NCBI GenBank assembly: GCA_043228905.1
Contig: JBHGNT010000015.1
Coordinates: forward strand, 13,950,001 to 14,014,000
Direction of reading: 5' to 3'
Length of the DNA stretch: 64,000 bases
Source of the DNA: Azolla caroliniana
Taxonomy: Eukaryota; Plantae; Polypodiophyta
Shown here: positions 1 to 12,900 of the stretch, one piece after another
How positions within the stretch are numbered: the first letter of the stretch is position 1
Layout of the letters: the number at the start of each line of letters is the position of its first letter
The notes under the pieces: model-generated
What the model was told of the DNA's origin: nothing
What the model saw: the letters and a program-made list of their open reading frames with translations, nothing else
Database searches by the model: none
Program-made: the position numbers and the translations under genes

Positions 1-242
1 GTGATGGGAGCGCTGATAGTTAGAAGGTGGGTTTCTGTTTTGGGCAGAAGATCTTCTATTTCCTTCTTTTTGTGGTTTAGGGTTCATTGGGCGGTGAGCC
101 ATCGTGGTGCCGTGTGTTCTTGATCTAGGAGTCTGTGCATGCATTTAGTCCTTTTAATAGTGTCGCTATCTTCTTCTTCTTTTCTTTCGTAACGGTTACA
201 GACAACCTATTTTTACATGATGATACAAGTGGGGCCGTCCAC

Positions 243-1742
243 TTACGCCACGGGTTCTCTGGCTTTGTCTTGTCCGGTAGTGAATGGGTTAGGTGGCGTA
301 GGGCCCAGGTAAGGTTTAAGGCGAAACCCATTCACCTTTTGCCATACTACATCCCCGGCCAGTGTACCTAGTTTGAACGTGCCTTGTTCTGCTCCAATTA
401 TCCTGTACGGGCGTATCCAGCGGAATCGTAACTTCCCTAGCATATGGCCCATGCGGGTTTGGAAAACCAACACCGCTCGACCAACGGCGAAATCCTTTTC
501 CCTTGCATTCCGATGTCGATCCACAAACGCTTTACGTCGTCGTTGTTCCTGCTCCAACATAGCCATGCTGTGTACGCGTTTTTCCCTGAGGTCGAGTAGC
601 TGGTGGAGCCGTACCTCCTCCGACTTGGCTTCCGATAGTCGGTCCTGTACCTGAATCCGCAAACTGGGTATCTGAAATTCTACCGGTATCACAACCTCCA
701 GCCCAAATGCTAGTCGAAACAGTGTTGACTATATGCTTGTTTTGTAGCTAGTTCTGTACACCCATAACGCACTCTATAATTTGGTATCCCAATCCGTTCT
801 ATTTTCATTGACGATTTTCTTCAAGATGGTCTGCAACGTCTTGTTGGTGGATTTCGCTAACCCATTCGCCTATGGATAATATGGTGTGCTCTTCTTGTGG
901 ACTACGACGTAATGATGTGTTAGTTCCCGAACCACCGTATTCAGAAAGTGGCTCCCCTAGTCACTGATGAGCTCAATCGGACAGTTGAACCAGCACCAGA
1001 TGTGTTCGTAAAGGAATCTCGTTGTGACGGCCGCCGTATTTTCTCGTAGTGCCTTTGCTTCTACCCACTTGGTGTAATAATCCGTGGCTACCAATATGTT
1101 TTTATTGCCCATACGGGTTGCCACCGGTGTGAAGGGGCCCAAAAAATCCAATCCCCACTTTTGGAAGGGGTCTAGCGGTAATACGGGCTGGTGTGGCATT
1201 CTTGCGCCCTCCGTGGGCTGGCCCATCCGTTGACACAAATCACACTTTCTACAATATTTGGATGCGTCCTTCTACGTTGTCGACCACCATAAACCCGCCT
1301 GCCATATTTTCCGAGCTGTAACATCGCCCTCGTAATGGTCGCCTGCCGTGCCACAGTGCGCCTCCCGTAAAACTGCTTCATTCTCATCCTAACGTACCCC
1401 ACGTCACCAAATGCTGTCACTTCCTTTGTGATATAAAATTCCTTCTACGAGGCAGAAGTTACAGCTTCGGACGGCTAGTCGTTTCTTCTCGTCCGTGCGT
1501 AGTTGTGGTGGAGGTAGTCCCGTAGTCAAAAGGTATGTCATTTCCATAAGCCACTGGTCCGGAAAGGTTGATTCCGTTCTTTCTACCAGTGCTGCTACCC
1601 GCAAGATGTCGGCGTCCGGAAAATTGTCGTCGTCCTTCTGTACTGTTTCTCCATTATCGAGTCTGCTCAAAAAATTTGCCATTGCGTGTTGCGTCCCCGG
1701 TTGGTGCTGAATTACAAAATCGAATTCTTGAAGCAGCAACAT
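243..1742 (-). pseudogene. Gypsy RNaseH C-terminus and integrase (fragmented)
   Basis: ORFs with LLLQEFDFVIQHQPG, PFQKWGLDFLGP..LVATDYYTKWVEA..PIELISD, and a GPY/F-like tail GKLRFRWIRPYRI..VNGFRLKPY. Confidence 0.9.
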
Positions 1743-1745
1743 CCA

Positions 1746-3335
1746 TCACGCCAATTTCCCCATCAGGGCTTTTTTCTCCACCAAATACAGCAATGCCGAA
1801 TGATCCACGTGGAACGTGAATTTCCGCCCCAGTAAATAATGCCAGAATTTATTGATGCTATAGATCATTCCTAGCGCCACCCGCTCTGTTGTGGAATAGT
1901 TACGATTTGTTGTTGATAATTTGTGACTAGCATAGTACACTGCCCGGTACTAGTTTGGTTCGGTGAGCTGCATTAGCGCACTTCCTATTGCTATATCCGA
2001 GGCATCGACGAACACGTGGAATGGCTTCACCCAAACTGGTGGTTGTACGACGAGGGCCTGTGTGAGCATTATCTTAAGTGCCTCATAGGCCTTGTCCTCC
2101 GTTGTGGTCCATTGGAAGGGAGTCCGATGCACGACAACATGTAATGGCGTGGCAAAGTTCCCCAAATATCGTATCATCCGACTATGCCACCGTATTTGTC
2201 CTAAAAACCGGCTGAGCGATTTCGCATTTGTCAAAGTTTTGGCTTGTGTAATCACGGAGATCTTGTTCCGATCGACCGCTATTCCCTCCTTGCTGACTAT
2301 ATGGCCTAAGAGAGTCCCGTTGGTCACGCTGAAGGCACATTTCACGGGATACAGGCTTAAGTGTGCGGTGCGGCAACGTTCCAGGCACAGTTGCAGGTGC
2401 GTAAAATGGTCTATTGTTCTCCCATATACCGCAAAGTCGTCTAAAAAAACTTGCATGAACGTTGGAATATATTCCCCAAAGATCTCCGTAAGTGTCCGTT
2501 GAAATGTTGTCGGCACCGTCTTTAGCCTGAACATCATGATGACTGCCACATAGACTCCCCAGTCTGTGACAAATGTCGTCTTCTCTTGGTCCTCGGGATG
2601 CATGCGTACCTGGTTATACCCACTGAAGCCATCTAAAAAACTATACATCTCATGTCCTGCAACGACGTCCAGTACGCTATCGGTGAATGGTAAAGGGAAT
2701 GCGTCCGTAATGGTTACGATGTTTAATTTTCGGTAATCCACGCATACCCGTATTTTGTCGTTTTTCTTTGGGATGACTACTATCGGACTTAACCATGTGG
2801 CTTGTTTAACTGGCTGTATGAACCCCGCCTTCAGGAGTTTGTCAATTTCTTCTTTTACGCGGGTTGCATAGTTTGGGTTCATGCGGTAGCGGCGCTGCTG
2901 GACGGGTTTTGTGTCGGTTGCTAAATTGATTTTATGTTGATAGAACTTGGGATCTAACCCCTTCATGTCCTCGTGAGCCCAAGCGAACACATCTTTATAT
3001 TTCTTGAGTGGTACGATCATCGTGTTTCTCTGGTTCGGCCTTAATTCCTTTGCGATGGAGAGGAAACGGGGTTCCGACTCCGTACCCACATTTACTTCGT
3101 CTAGGGCGGAGGCGGTGACTCGTCGTGAAATTTCCATTTCCCTTTCGAATGTTGCCCGTGCTCTGCTGAGTTCCAATATGGACTCTTGGTTTGGTTTGTA
3201 AGCCTCGTCGTGGAGAATAGTGGTCGTGGCATATTCGGCCGCGGTTGCGATGACGTCGATTTCGAACAACGGAATGATCCGAGGGTGCTCATCTAGGTAT
3301 GCCTCTAATTCTGCATCCTCCACCCCAACCAACAT
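1746..3335 (-). pseudogene. Gypsy reverse transcriptase / RNaseH
   Basis: 461-aa ORF with RVCVDYRKLN, SFLDGFSGYNQV, VFLDDF, VDASDIAIG; continues NYSTTERVALG after a stop. Confidence 0.95.
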
Positions 3336-3350
3336 ATTTATATCTTCTGC

Positions 3351-3952
3351 TTATAATGGAGTTATACCCTTGGGTTGTGGCGTGCTTCCTTCCGTAGGTA
3401 CGCGAACCTTAGTGCGTCCGTGTCGGAAACTGATACACTTCTGTTGCCAGCTCTGCTTGATATTTGCTGCCTGAAGCCATGGTTTGCCTAGAAGCACTGG
3501 GTACGCCCCTGGGACATCCAAGGCGAGGATGACCGCCGAGATGTCAAAGCGATGTCCGCCCACGATAATGCGTATCTTGCGAATTAACCCCAATGGTCGT
3601 ATTGAGCAGGTATCTGCCATTCGGAGCCAGAATGGGCAAGCATCCCATTCTGAAATGCCTAACTCCTCACATGTTTTCGCGCTAATTACATTAACGCCTG
3701 AGCCGCCATCGATTACGCATCCAGGAATTTCCTGTCCGTGTAATATCATTCTGAAATGCCTAACTCGCAAGTTTTCGCGCTAATTACATTAACGCTTGAG
3801 CCACCATCGATTACGCATCCAAGAATTTCCTGTCCATGTAATATCAATGTAATAGTCGGGTTGTGGTGATCCACTACAGGCGGTCCGTCGCTAACGTCTG
3901 TAAGGTTTGTAGCGACGCTCACCCCGGGTATGCCCGTCACCTGTTCTTCCAT
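3351..3952 (-). pseudogene. Gypsy aspartic protease with ~120-bp internal tandem duplication
   Basis: CVIDGGSGVNVIS motif present twice (about 3650-3750 and 3750-3845). Confidence 0.85.
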
Positions 3953-4442
3953 GGTTTGGAGGAAGCGTGGGACGAGCTACAACAGCTTCTCCATGGTTAC
4001 CGTTATCTCGTAGCCCACTAATGCCTGCCAAATGGGGTCCGGGACCAATCCTTCGTCCTCCGCTTGCTCCCTCATATTCGTGGACTCCTTCCGCATGCGC
4101 TCTGTATTCGTCGCGTTTGCTTTTTACACCCATGCCTAGGCTTGTCGTCGTATCTCATCTTGCGTGGCCCAATCAACCGTTTTTGTTTGCTGGCATGTCA
4201 TGACTTGTTGCACTTCCGTCGTAATCGTATTGACGGCAGGCCCCTTGCCCTTGCATGCTGGGCATTGCGCGCCATAATGCTCGGGCTTCTGACAAACAAA
4301 ACAATGGATGCTTGATTTGCCCTTCTCGGCTCCTAGTGGTGTGTGCTGATCCCTTGGTGAGACTTGCTCCTCACAGTTCGGCCTTGTTTGTTGGAACGCA
4401 CGTGGTGCTTGATGTTGGTCCCGGCATGGTTCTTGGTGTCGC

Positions 4443-5744
4443 TCATCTCCCGAGCTTTAATCGTAACCGGTGATCTCGATATTGCCGTGGCTTCCCACAA
4501 TAACCATTGAAGCCGCCACGTTTGTTTGGCGGCCGATGATTCTCATAGTGCCGGCCCCCTTTAGCATAACTCGGAGGTCCATGATAATCCTCGTCCTCTG
4601 GTTTGTCTTCCTCGGAATCGTTGTGATTTCGGTGATTCCAATGGTGCCGGTCGTCACGTGGGTGGCGATCCACATGCCGTAGTCAGTCTTCTTGCCTCCT
4701 TTGTTCAGTACGGCATGAGGGACATTGTGTGTCCATCCTACGTATTGTGGGAGCGGCTCTGTTCAACATATTGTATTCACCTTGGTCGACGGTGTGAGCC
4801 TTCGAGTAGTAGATTGGGCAGTGAATTCGCATGTTGCACTCCACTGCGGAATGCCCCGAGTTCAAGACAATCGCGCACTGGATTTCTTGACGAAACTGGC
4901 GTTCCTCGTCCTGGGGTAACGCTTCTCGTAAGGAGGACATAGAAAACCTTTCCTCCTCCTCGTCCAACTCAAGATGTAACGCTCGTTGAATGACCATATC
5001 CGCCGTTTCCCCTTTCACGCTATTATTGTTGAGCGTTGTCCGTATGGGTCGCCGTAATGCTGCCAGAAATGTCTCTCGAGCCTTGTCCTCCACAGGGCTC
5101 CATTCTAGTTTTCGTAGTCAATTTTGGAAATGTAAGTTGAAGTCTGTGATCGTCTCGGTCGGCAGTTGCTTAATCATGTAGAACTGTCCGAGGATTTCGC
5201 GTTGTGGAACCCTCCGATGGAAGAACCGCAAGAAAGCGGACTGCAGCTGATCGAAGGTTGTGATTGTTGGCAAATCCATCTGTGAATGCTAAAATGCCGC
5301 TCCCCCATCCAATGTTAACCCGAACTCCATCATTTTCGACTGGTGCGCGACCGCCTCCGAAAGGCTCTGCGCCATGTGGTTCGCATTCCAGACATTGAGG
5401 AACATGCAAATATGGGTGGTTGCTTTGGTTTCACCGTTAAAGCAGGGATAGGCAAAGGCCATGTTGGGGGATACGGCAGGTCGGGAAAGACCACAATGTT
5501 GCTTTGGTGAGTGTGCTCCCCGTGTATCGTCGAGGTATTTGGAGAGCGAAGAATCACCTTTGTAATCACAGCAAGTAGTATTGAGGTCGCTGAGGCGAGG
5601 CTTTTGCTGTGCACGTTCCTTTGCCTGGCGTGTGACGGACCTTGTGATTGGCCGGTCTTGTCGTGTTTGTTCTCTGGGGCATTTGTGGCTAAACATCCAT
5701 TCGTCGTTCGTATGTGAGAAGACACAGATCAACAAGCGTGCCAA
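4443..5744 (-). pseudogene. Gypsy gag (fragmented), with zinc-knuckle remnants
   Basis: Follows the PBS. FLNVWNAN..MEFGLTLDG and a degenerate double knuckle CAIVLNSGHSAVEC..CPIYYSKAH. Confidence 0.7.
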
Positions 5745-5747
5745 AAG

Positions 5748-6185
5748 TGTTACCGATTAGGAACACGGTTTGCAGTCAGTCCTTCGACCTAGACCTCCAA
5801 GTGATTGTGAAACAACGAATGGTGGCTTCTATGCGTAATACGTAGGGGAATGTTCCCCGTAACCTAGCAGCGTATAAGGGAGACGGCTACAACCGACTCC
5901 TTAGCAGTGGTTACACTCACGTCCTTACACTCTTAGGTATTCCAGACACACAGTAGATTAGTCGTAGCTATACACAGATTTTCAGAGAAGATAGAATTCT
6001 ATTACGATACGCTTCTTTACAGTCCAAAAATACATGCCCCCTCTATCAAAGGTTTTTTGGCTTTATATATGCAAGGTCTTTTTAGCCGTTCACGCTTCCT
6101 GCGTGAACCGTTACATGCGTTATGATCTTATATTATTTCTTATTCCTATGCTCTTGTCTGTCGAATACTATTCCGGCGGACAACA
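5748..6185 (-). repeat. 5' LTR of the Gypsy element
   Basis: Begins tgttaccg (5748) and ends ggacaaca (6185). PBS on one side, interrupted Copia integrase on the other. Confidence 0.75.
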
Positions 6186-8786
6186 GTATGGACCGGTAAG
6201 GATGTGTCTTACCGGTATCTGAAGGTATTCGGGTGTCTCGCATACGTGCATGTAGGGAAGGACAAGAGAGAAAAGTTGGATCCGATTTCCCGGCCATGCA
6301 TATTCCTTGGATACGGCGATGATGAGTTCGGTTACCGGGTGTGGGATCTAGTCAACAGGAAGGTGTTCCAGAGTTTGGACATAGTCTTCATGGATGACAG
6401 GACCATTGCCGACTAGGAATCGGAGAAGAAGGTAATGAACTCTGGATCATCCATTGAAAACCAGCTTGAGGACAAAAGGATATAACCGGTTGAATACCGG
6501 ATGTTTGTCAGTAACTGGATGACACTCGACGAACCAGTCGGATATGGACGAGAAATCGAACCAACCGAAGAAGAAGAAGACACCAAAACCGGACAAGATC
6601 CCAATCGGATAAGGATGAGGAACAAATGGAGGAACTGACACTCAGAAAGCAAGGACGGAGATATCCTCTCCGGGAGAGAAGAGCCCCCCGAAGATTTCTG
6701 GATGTAGAGCATGTGTTGCTAATCGATGAGGCGGAGCCGGAAAGCTTTGAAGAAGCAAGGGTAGACACCCATAGCCGCAAGTGGTTGAGTGCCATGTAGG
6801 ATGAGATGGATTCCCTACATGAGAACCACACATACGAATTGGTGGAGTTGCCGAAAGGAAAGAGGGCACTCCGGAACAAGTGGGTGTACAAGCTAAAACC
6901 GGGAGATGCTGGAAATCCACCAAGGTATAAGGCCCGAATCGTGGTGAAGGGCTTCCAACAGAAGAAAGGAGTGGACTTCGATGAGATCTTTGCCTTGGTA
7001 GTAAAGATGAAATCCATCCGAATGGTATTGGGCATAGCGGCAAGCATGGACCTCGAGGTAGAGCAACTGGACGTCAAGACGGCATTCCTACACGGAGACC
7101 TCGAAGAAGAGATGTACATCCATCAATCGGAAGGATTTGAGAAGAAGGGGAACGAGCACCTAGTGTGCCGGTTGAAGAGGAGTTTATACGAATTCCTTCA
7201 TGACCGATCAAGGGTACCACAAGACGTAGGCCGATCACTACGTGTTTGTGAAGAAATTTGATGGAGGAGATTTCCTAATATTGCTCATGTACGTGGACGA
7301 CATGTTGATTGTTGGACGAGACCAAGTCAAGATATAGATGCTGAAGAAGGCCCTTAACCGGACCTTCTCAATGAAAGACTTGGGTCTGGCAAGACAGATA
7401 TTGGGGATGCACATCATTCGGGACCGGTCGAAGAAGCAATTGTGGTTGTCACAGGAAAGGTACACGACAAAGGTGCTTCAGCGGTTTAACATGTCAGAAG
7501 CAAAACCAGTTGGATCGACGCTCCCAGCAAATTGCAGGCTATCAGGTAAGCAAAGCCCGAAGACAAAGGCAGAGAAGGCGGATATGGTGAAGATTCCATA
7601 TGCCTCTCCGGTCGGGAGCTTGATGTACACAATGGTGTGTACTTGACCAGATATTGGATACGCAATCAGAGTGGTGAGTCGGTTCATGACCAACCCCGAA
7701 AAAGAGCACTAGAATGCGGTAAAATGGATACTCTGATACCTGAAGGGCACTTCGAGAATGTGCCTCCGATTCGGCTCCGGTAAACCCCTCATGGAAGGAT
7801 TTACTGATTCGCAAATGTTGGCTAATGTGGACACCAGCCGGTTAACTTCCGGATATGTCATGACTTATGCAGGGGGAGCCGTTTCGTGGCAGTCGAAGCT
7901 GCAGAAGACGGTTGTGTTGTCAACTACAGAGGCGGAGTACATGGCAGCCGTGGAAGCCGGCAAGGAAATATGATGGATGAAGAACTTCATCGGAGAGCTA
8001 GGGATCCAGGAAGAGGAATATTGGCTCTACTGCGACAGTCAAAGTGCAATCCACCTTGCAAAGAATGCGGCATATCATTCCAGAACGAAGCACATCCAAT
8101 GTAGGTACCACTGGATCCGGGAGCAAACTGAAGATCGATAGTTCGTATTGACGAAGATTCACACGACAGAGAATGGGTTGGATATGCTGACAAAGGTGCT
8201 AACACCCGACAAGCTGGACGCATGCCGGAAGCGGATTGGACTTACAAAACATCCCATACCGGAGTGAAGGGGGAGATTGTTGGGAAATTGGTCTCTCCGG
8301 ATGGGATCCGGTGCTCAATAAAGAGGAACCGGTGAGAACCGTAAGAGAAGATAGATTTGTAAATATGTCTTGAATAAGCCCATTGAAGCTATATTTGTAA
8401 ATAGCCCTAAGTTCATATAACTATAAATATGACTTAGCACAATCATTTTAATGTGTGATTGTGTTGTTGTGATATTGTTGTAACTATTGTATAGAGAGAG
8501 AGAGAGAGAGAGATATAGAGCCATACTCTGTTGTAACTGCCACCGTGCGAAGAAATAGAGCTCAAGGTTGTTGCCTCCGAGTCTCTAATTTGTATCCCTT
8601 CTCTTCATAGTGATAGTTCGGAGTCTGTGGGCTCCCGTGGTTTTTCCCTGTTAGGGTTTTCCACGTAAACATCCTGCATCATCTTTCCCTTGTGAACTCT
8701 CTACGTCCCATTTCTGTGTTTGATTCTTATAGAAGTGTTTTACTACTTGGTTGTGGCCGAGCGATATTCCGTGCATTTCTTTTTCA
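6186..8786 (+). mobile_element. Ty1/Copia retrotransposon (Tnt1/Tork-like), 3' half: INT C-terminus, RT, RNaseH, PPT, 3' LTR
   Basis: VWTGKDVSYRYLKVFGCLAYVH; RYKARIVVKGFQQKKGVDFDE; QLDVKTAFLHGDL; YVDD region; LSTTEAEY. PPT gaagggggagat at 8266-8277. Confidence 0.95.
8278..8786 (+). repeat. Copia 3' LTR
   Basis: TGTTGGG directly after the PPT; ends ..TTTTCA where chromovirus integrase sequence resumes. Contains a (GA)n tract. Confidence 0.8.
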
Positions 8787-9029
8787 GAAACATCAAAGAT
8801 ATTGCTCCAATGTCTGATTGGTATGCTTTGCTTGATCTTCAATTTGAGGATGATAGGTAGAAGAGAGACTGCAAGATATATGTAATAGGGACAATAAGTG
8901 TCACAAGAATTTAGACACAAACTGTGGACCTCGATTAATAATGATAGTATTTGGAAGGCCATGATGTCAGAATACCTTGCGCATAACAAGATCAACAATT
9001 CCTTCACTAGTAATATTTTTAGTACACGA

Positions 9030-9980
9030 TGTCATGAAGCTAAGGCTTCACAATGTCCAAACAACCTCATAATGGATAAAACACACTTTCATCAACTAGT
9101 GTCCATCGCGAGGAGTTCATAAGAATTTACAGATTAAAAATTGGCGTTCCGGGTGAAAAGTTATGACCGTTAGAGCGTTTCGGTAAAATCAGGAATTTAC
9201 CATGGTAACTTAGAATTGGCAAGTAGATTTGATGACTTGGACAGCTAGACGAAGTAACAAGGAATCGATAGGATTTTACGGATTGTTAATCAGAGTTTGG
9301 GAGCCCAAGTTAAAGCCCCGACAAAAAGTACGTTGCAAAATTATAGGAAATAAAAATATAAAAAAATGGCTGCCCTGCAAACCGCCCTTTTGCGGGGCGG
9401 TTTGAGGATGGTTTGATGGAGGTGGGGAGACCTTCCCTCACTAATAAAAGGCCTCTCCCCCTAGAGGGAATGGCATACACCAATAAGGAGGGTTCCACCA
9501 TCGAGGAGTCGAGCAACCCCTCCCCTACAGAGAAGGAAATGGCGAGGCGACCTTCCACCCTATCGTGAAGGGCAAGGCCATGGAGGTCCTGCGAAGGTGA
9601 ACACAAGAAGAGGTCATAGACGGGATTTGGCCACTCAACGAAGGGTCATAAATGGGACTCGGCCACTTGACGAAGAGGTCGTAGACAGGACTCGGCCATC
9701 GGAGAAGAGGTCGTAAACGGAACTCGGCCACCCGACGAAGAGAACGTAGACAAGATTCGGCCACCTCACAAAGAGGTCGTAAACAAGACTCGGCCACTGG
9801 AGAATAGGTCGTAGACGGGACTCGACCACCCGACTAAAGAAGAAGCGGAGCGAAAGAGAAGAGGAAGAAGAAGAAGCAAAGAGGCGACGAAGAGGACGTG
9901 TAAAGTCTAGGGAACCGGCAATATCTCACCAAGTCACAGAATCCCAGTGATTGCGACACATGACCACAAACATTACGACA
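9030..9980. mobile_element. Solo LTR inserted in the chromovirus integrase, copy 1
   Basis: TGTCATGA..TTACGACA termini. Splits KMAHFLA / CTKNIT of integrase. Internal ~30-bp tandem repeat. Confidence 0.8.
9605..9835. repeat. ~29-31 bp minisatellite (gaagaggtcgtagacgggactcggccacccga), about 8 units, inside the solo LTR
   Basis: Directly visible tandem units; about 9 units in the paralog at 49450-49705. Confidence 0.9.
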
Positions 9981-12900
9981 ATGCCAAAAAATGTGCCATC
10001 TTTGTAAATCTATCAACCGCAATTAAGATAACATCAAAACCTTTGGAACATGGCAAATCTATGATAAAATCTAATGAAATAGATTGCCATGGTCGTTCTG
10101 GAATCAATAGGGGTTGCAATAAACCATAGGGTCTATATCGTGGAATCTTGGTATGACAACAAGTGTCGCATGTGCGAGCATAATCTCGCACAAAATCATG
10201 AAGTTGTGGCCACTAGAAGGAATGAGATACCAATTCCAATGTCTTATAAATTCCAAAATGGCCAGCCATGTAGCCATCACGGCATTTCTCCAATAGTTTT
10301 GAGAAGACCACATCCATATGTAACATATAAAAGCACTTTATAATAGAGTACCCCATTGTTCTAGTAGAATTTCTTGTAATCGATATGTGGATGTTGTGTT
10401 TATAAGCATGACGCTCATCCTGGAGTAATATGACTTCGTATCTCTTGAGCAAAAACATCTATGCGAATATCATGCTTAATAATATCAGGTGTACTGGAAT
10501 CAAATGGAGTACCAAAAACTTTTCTTGTAAGTAAATGTGTGGGACCTAGAAGAACTTATTTTTTATTATCAAAGGTACAATCGCTAGGACTGGGAGTAAG
10601 ATCAGAGCATCAAGACAACGCATTTGCCTTTCATTGCAATTCCCGTCGCCGATATTTGATCTTAAAATCAAACTGAGTAAGAAATTGTGCCCATCGAGCT
10701 TGTCATCTATTAAGCACTCATGCTGATTGGAAATACGTGAGACTCTTGTGATCATTATATACAATGATCTAATGAACAGACCCTTCCAAAAATTGTCTTC
10801 TTTGCTCAACACAATCAACAGTAGACAATAATGCTTACCAATGTCGACATGTGCTAGGATGAGTGTTGAAGTAAAGGCAAGCTTGAGTTCCATGAATGCC
10901 TTTTCTGCATCCTTTGTCCACATGAATGAATGATTCTTCTTTGTAAGTTGAATGAGAGGAAGAATTATCTTTGAATAGTCCTTGATGAATTTATGATAAA
11001 ATTGGCAAAACCTAACAAACATTGTACAAGGATTGTCCTGACTTTTGCAATATCTATAACAACACCATGTTCTAAAACTATATAGCCCAGAAATTCCACC
11101 TACTTGTAGTCAAAATCACATTTTTCCATTTTAGCATAGAGAGCATATCATGTTCCTAATGTGTCTTAGAATATATTAAGATGTCATTCAAGTAAATAAT
11201 AACAAGCATATTGATATCTAAGAAATCTCGAAAGATATCATTTGCCATATGTTGAAACACTGCATGAGTATTGGTTAGGCCAAAATGGATGATTGTATAG
11301 TCAAAATGTCCACAGTGCGTGCGGAAAGCTATCTTCCACTCATCCCCATGCTGAATCCGAACTAGATTGTATGCACCTCGTAAATCAATCGTCGTAAAAA
11401 TCTTTTCTCTGTTAAGGCGCTCCAAGAGACTAGATATCAAGGCTACAACATATCTATTACAGATCGTAACTTTGTCTAGGCCTTAGTAGTCTACCACTAA
11501 ACGAAGGGATCCATTTGTTTTCTTTACAAAGAAGATAGGAGCTCCAAATGGCGATGTTGAATGTTTGATAAAGCCATTCTCTAAATATTCATCAATATAA
11601 GCCCTAAGAACTTCTAACCCAGATGGTGATAAATTGTAAGTTGAGCCTCATGGTGGCTCCTTTACCTCTTCTAGATTAGTGGAACAATCATATGGACAAT
11701 GCTCTAGACGTTTACTAGCTTTATACTTATAAAAAACATCAGTATATTCTTCATACATTTTCGGATGTTTTCCATTAGATGTATTGTGAGAACTGGGCTT
11801 AACTAATTCTGAAAATAGAAACATCTCCTCTTATCGTCCTTGCGCAATTCTTTTAGTGAAATAGTAGAAATCTAATGAACTTTCTTAGAGCAAGAAATAT
11901 GATGTCTACCTTGAGTCTCTCGTTGGTACGAATATATTTCCAGATTGTGAAGCTCAAGCCAAGGTAAGGCCAAGACGATTGGATGTTCAGGGCTACTAAT
12001 TATATTGAATGAAATGATGCATGCTAGTTTATCTAAAACCACCCGTAGAGGCTGTAATTCTTTGACTATATTACCAGATGCAATAGGACACCCATCAATT
12101 ACAACCATTAAAGTTGGGTATGGAAGCTTTTCTAAAGCTATTTTCTATGTGCAAGCAAATTCTCGATCCATTCCTAGCAAAGACGGAAATTGCATGACCA
12201 CTTGATGTACCAAGTTGAACTTGAGCTAAAATAAACTTTGTTGGCTTGCATGGAAGAAATGGAACCAATGCTAGGAATGAACTGTGATGCTTTTTGGTTA
12301 TCCAACGAAATGGCTCCTATTTTGATCGGACCTACTCGTTTTCCTCCTCGTGTTTGGTCAATACCTCAAATCTATTGGATAGAGTTGGGCTATTGATGTT
12401 ATGATTGTTATTAGATGCAGCTATAAAATTAAAATCAAGTTTATTGACTGTATTAAGGTGATTGACTTGACGCCTTGGTCTATTAGGACAATTGATGTCT
12501 ATATGACCTGGTCTCCCACAATATAAACAAAGATGATTTGTATGATGTTGTTGTTTCTCTTCTTCTAAGAGAGGCCCTCGTCTACGAGTTACATCGATCT
12601 CCCTAGGTGTTGTGGTCTCCATTGGAATTGGGCTATATGATTTTCTAGGAGATGCTTGTGTTGTTACAGATGTATATGTGGGAGCTAACCTTGGTTTTGT
12701 GGTTTGTTGTTGTTGCTCCGACTGTCGCTCAAAAAGTCGGTTATCGCAGTGTACCACACGACTTATTACTTCTGTAAGTGATTTTGGATCTTCTGGAAAC
12801 GTCAATAGTAGATCTTTCACATCGTTACGAAAAACCAAACCAAAATTGATCCACTAATGCTTGATCCTCCTATGGGATGTCAGATGCGAGGAGACAAAAA

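Larger units (their letters stand above)
1..6185 (-). mobile_element. Ty3/Gypsy LTR retrotransposon (non-chromovirus, OTA/Athila-Tat-like), degenerate; 3' end lies outside the window
   Basis: Minus-strand order gag-PR-RT-RH-INT. 5' LTR 5748-6185 with TGT..ACA ends, followed by PBS TGGCACGC (5731-5743, minus). Frameshifts and stops throughout. Confidence 0.93.

Noticed and set aside
2092-5181. Plus-strand ORFs overlapping the Gypsy element
   Set aside because: Antisense shadows of gag-pol.
9310-9829. ORFs with repeated AESRLRPL / WPSPVYDL peptides (also 49200-49607)
   Set aside because: Translations of the 30-bp LTR minisatellite.
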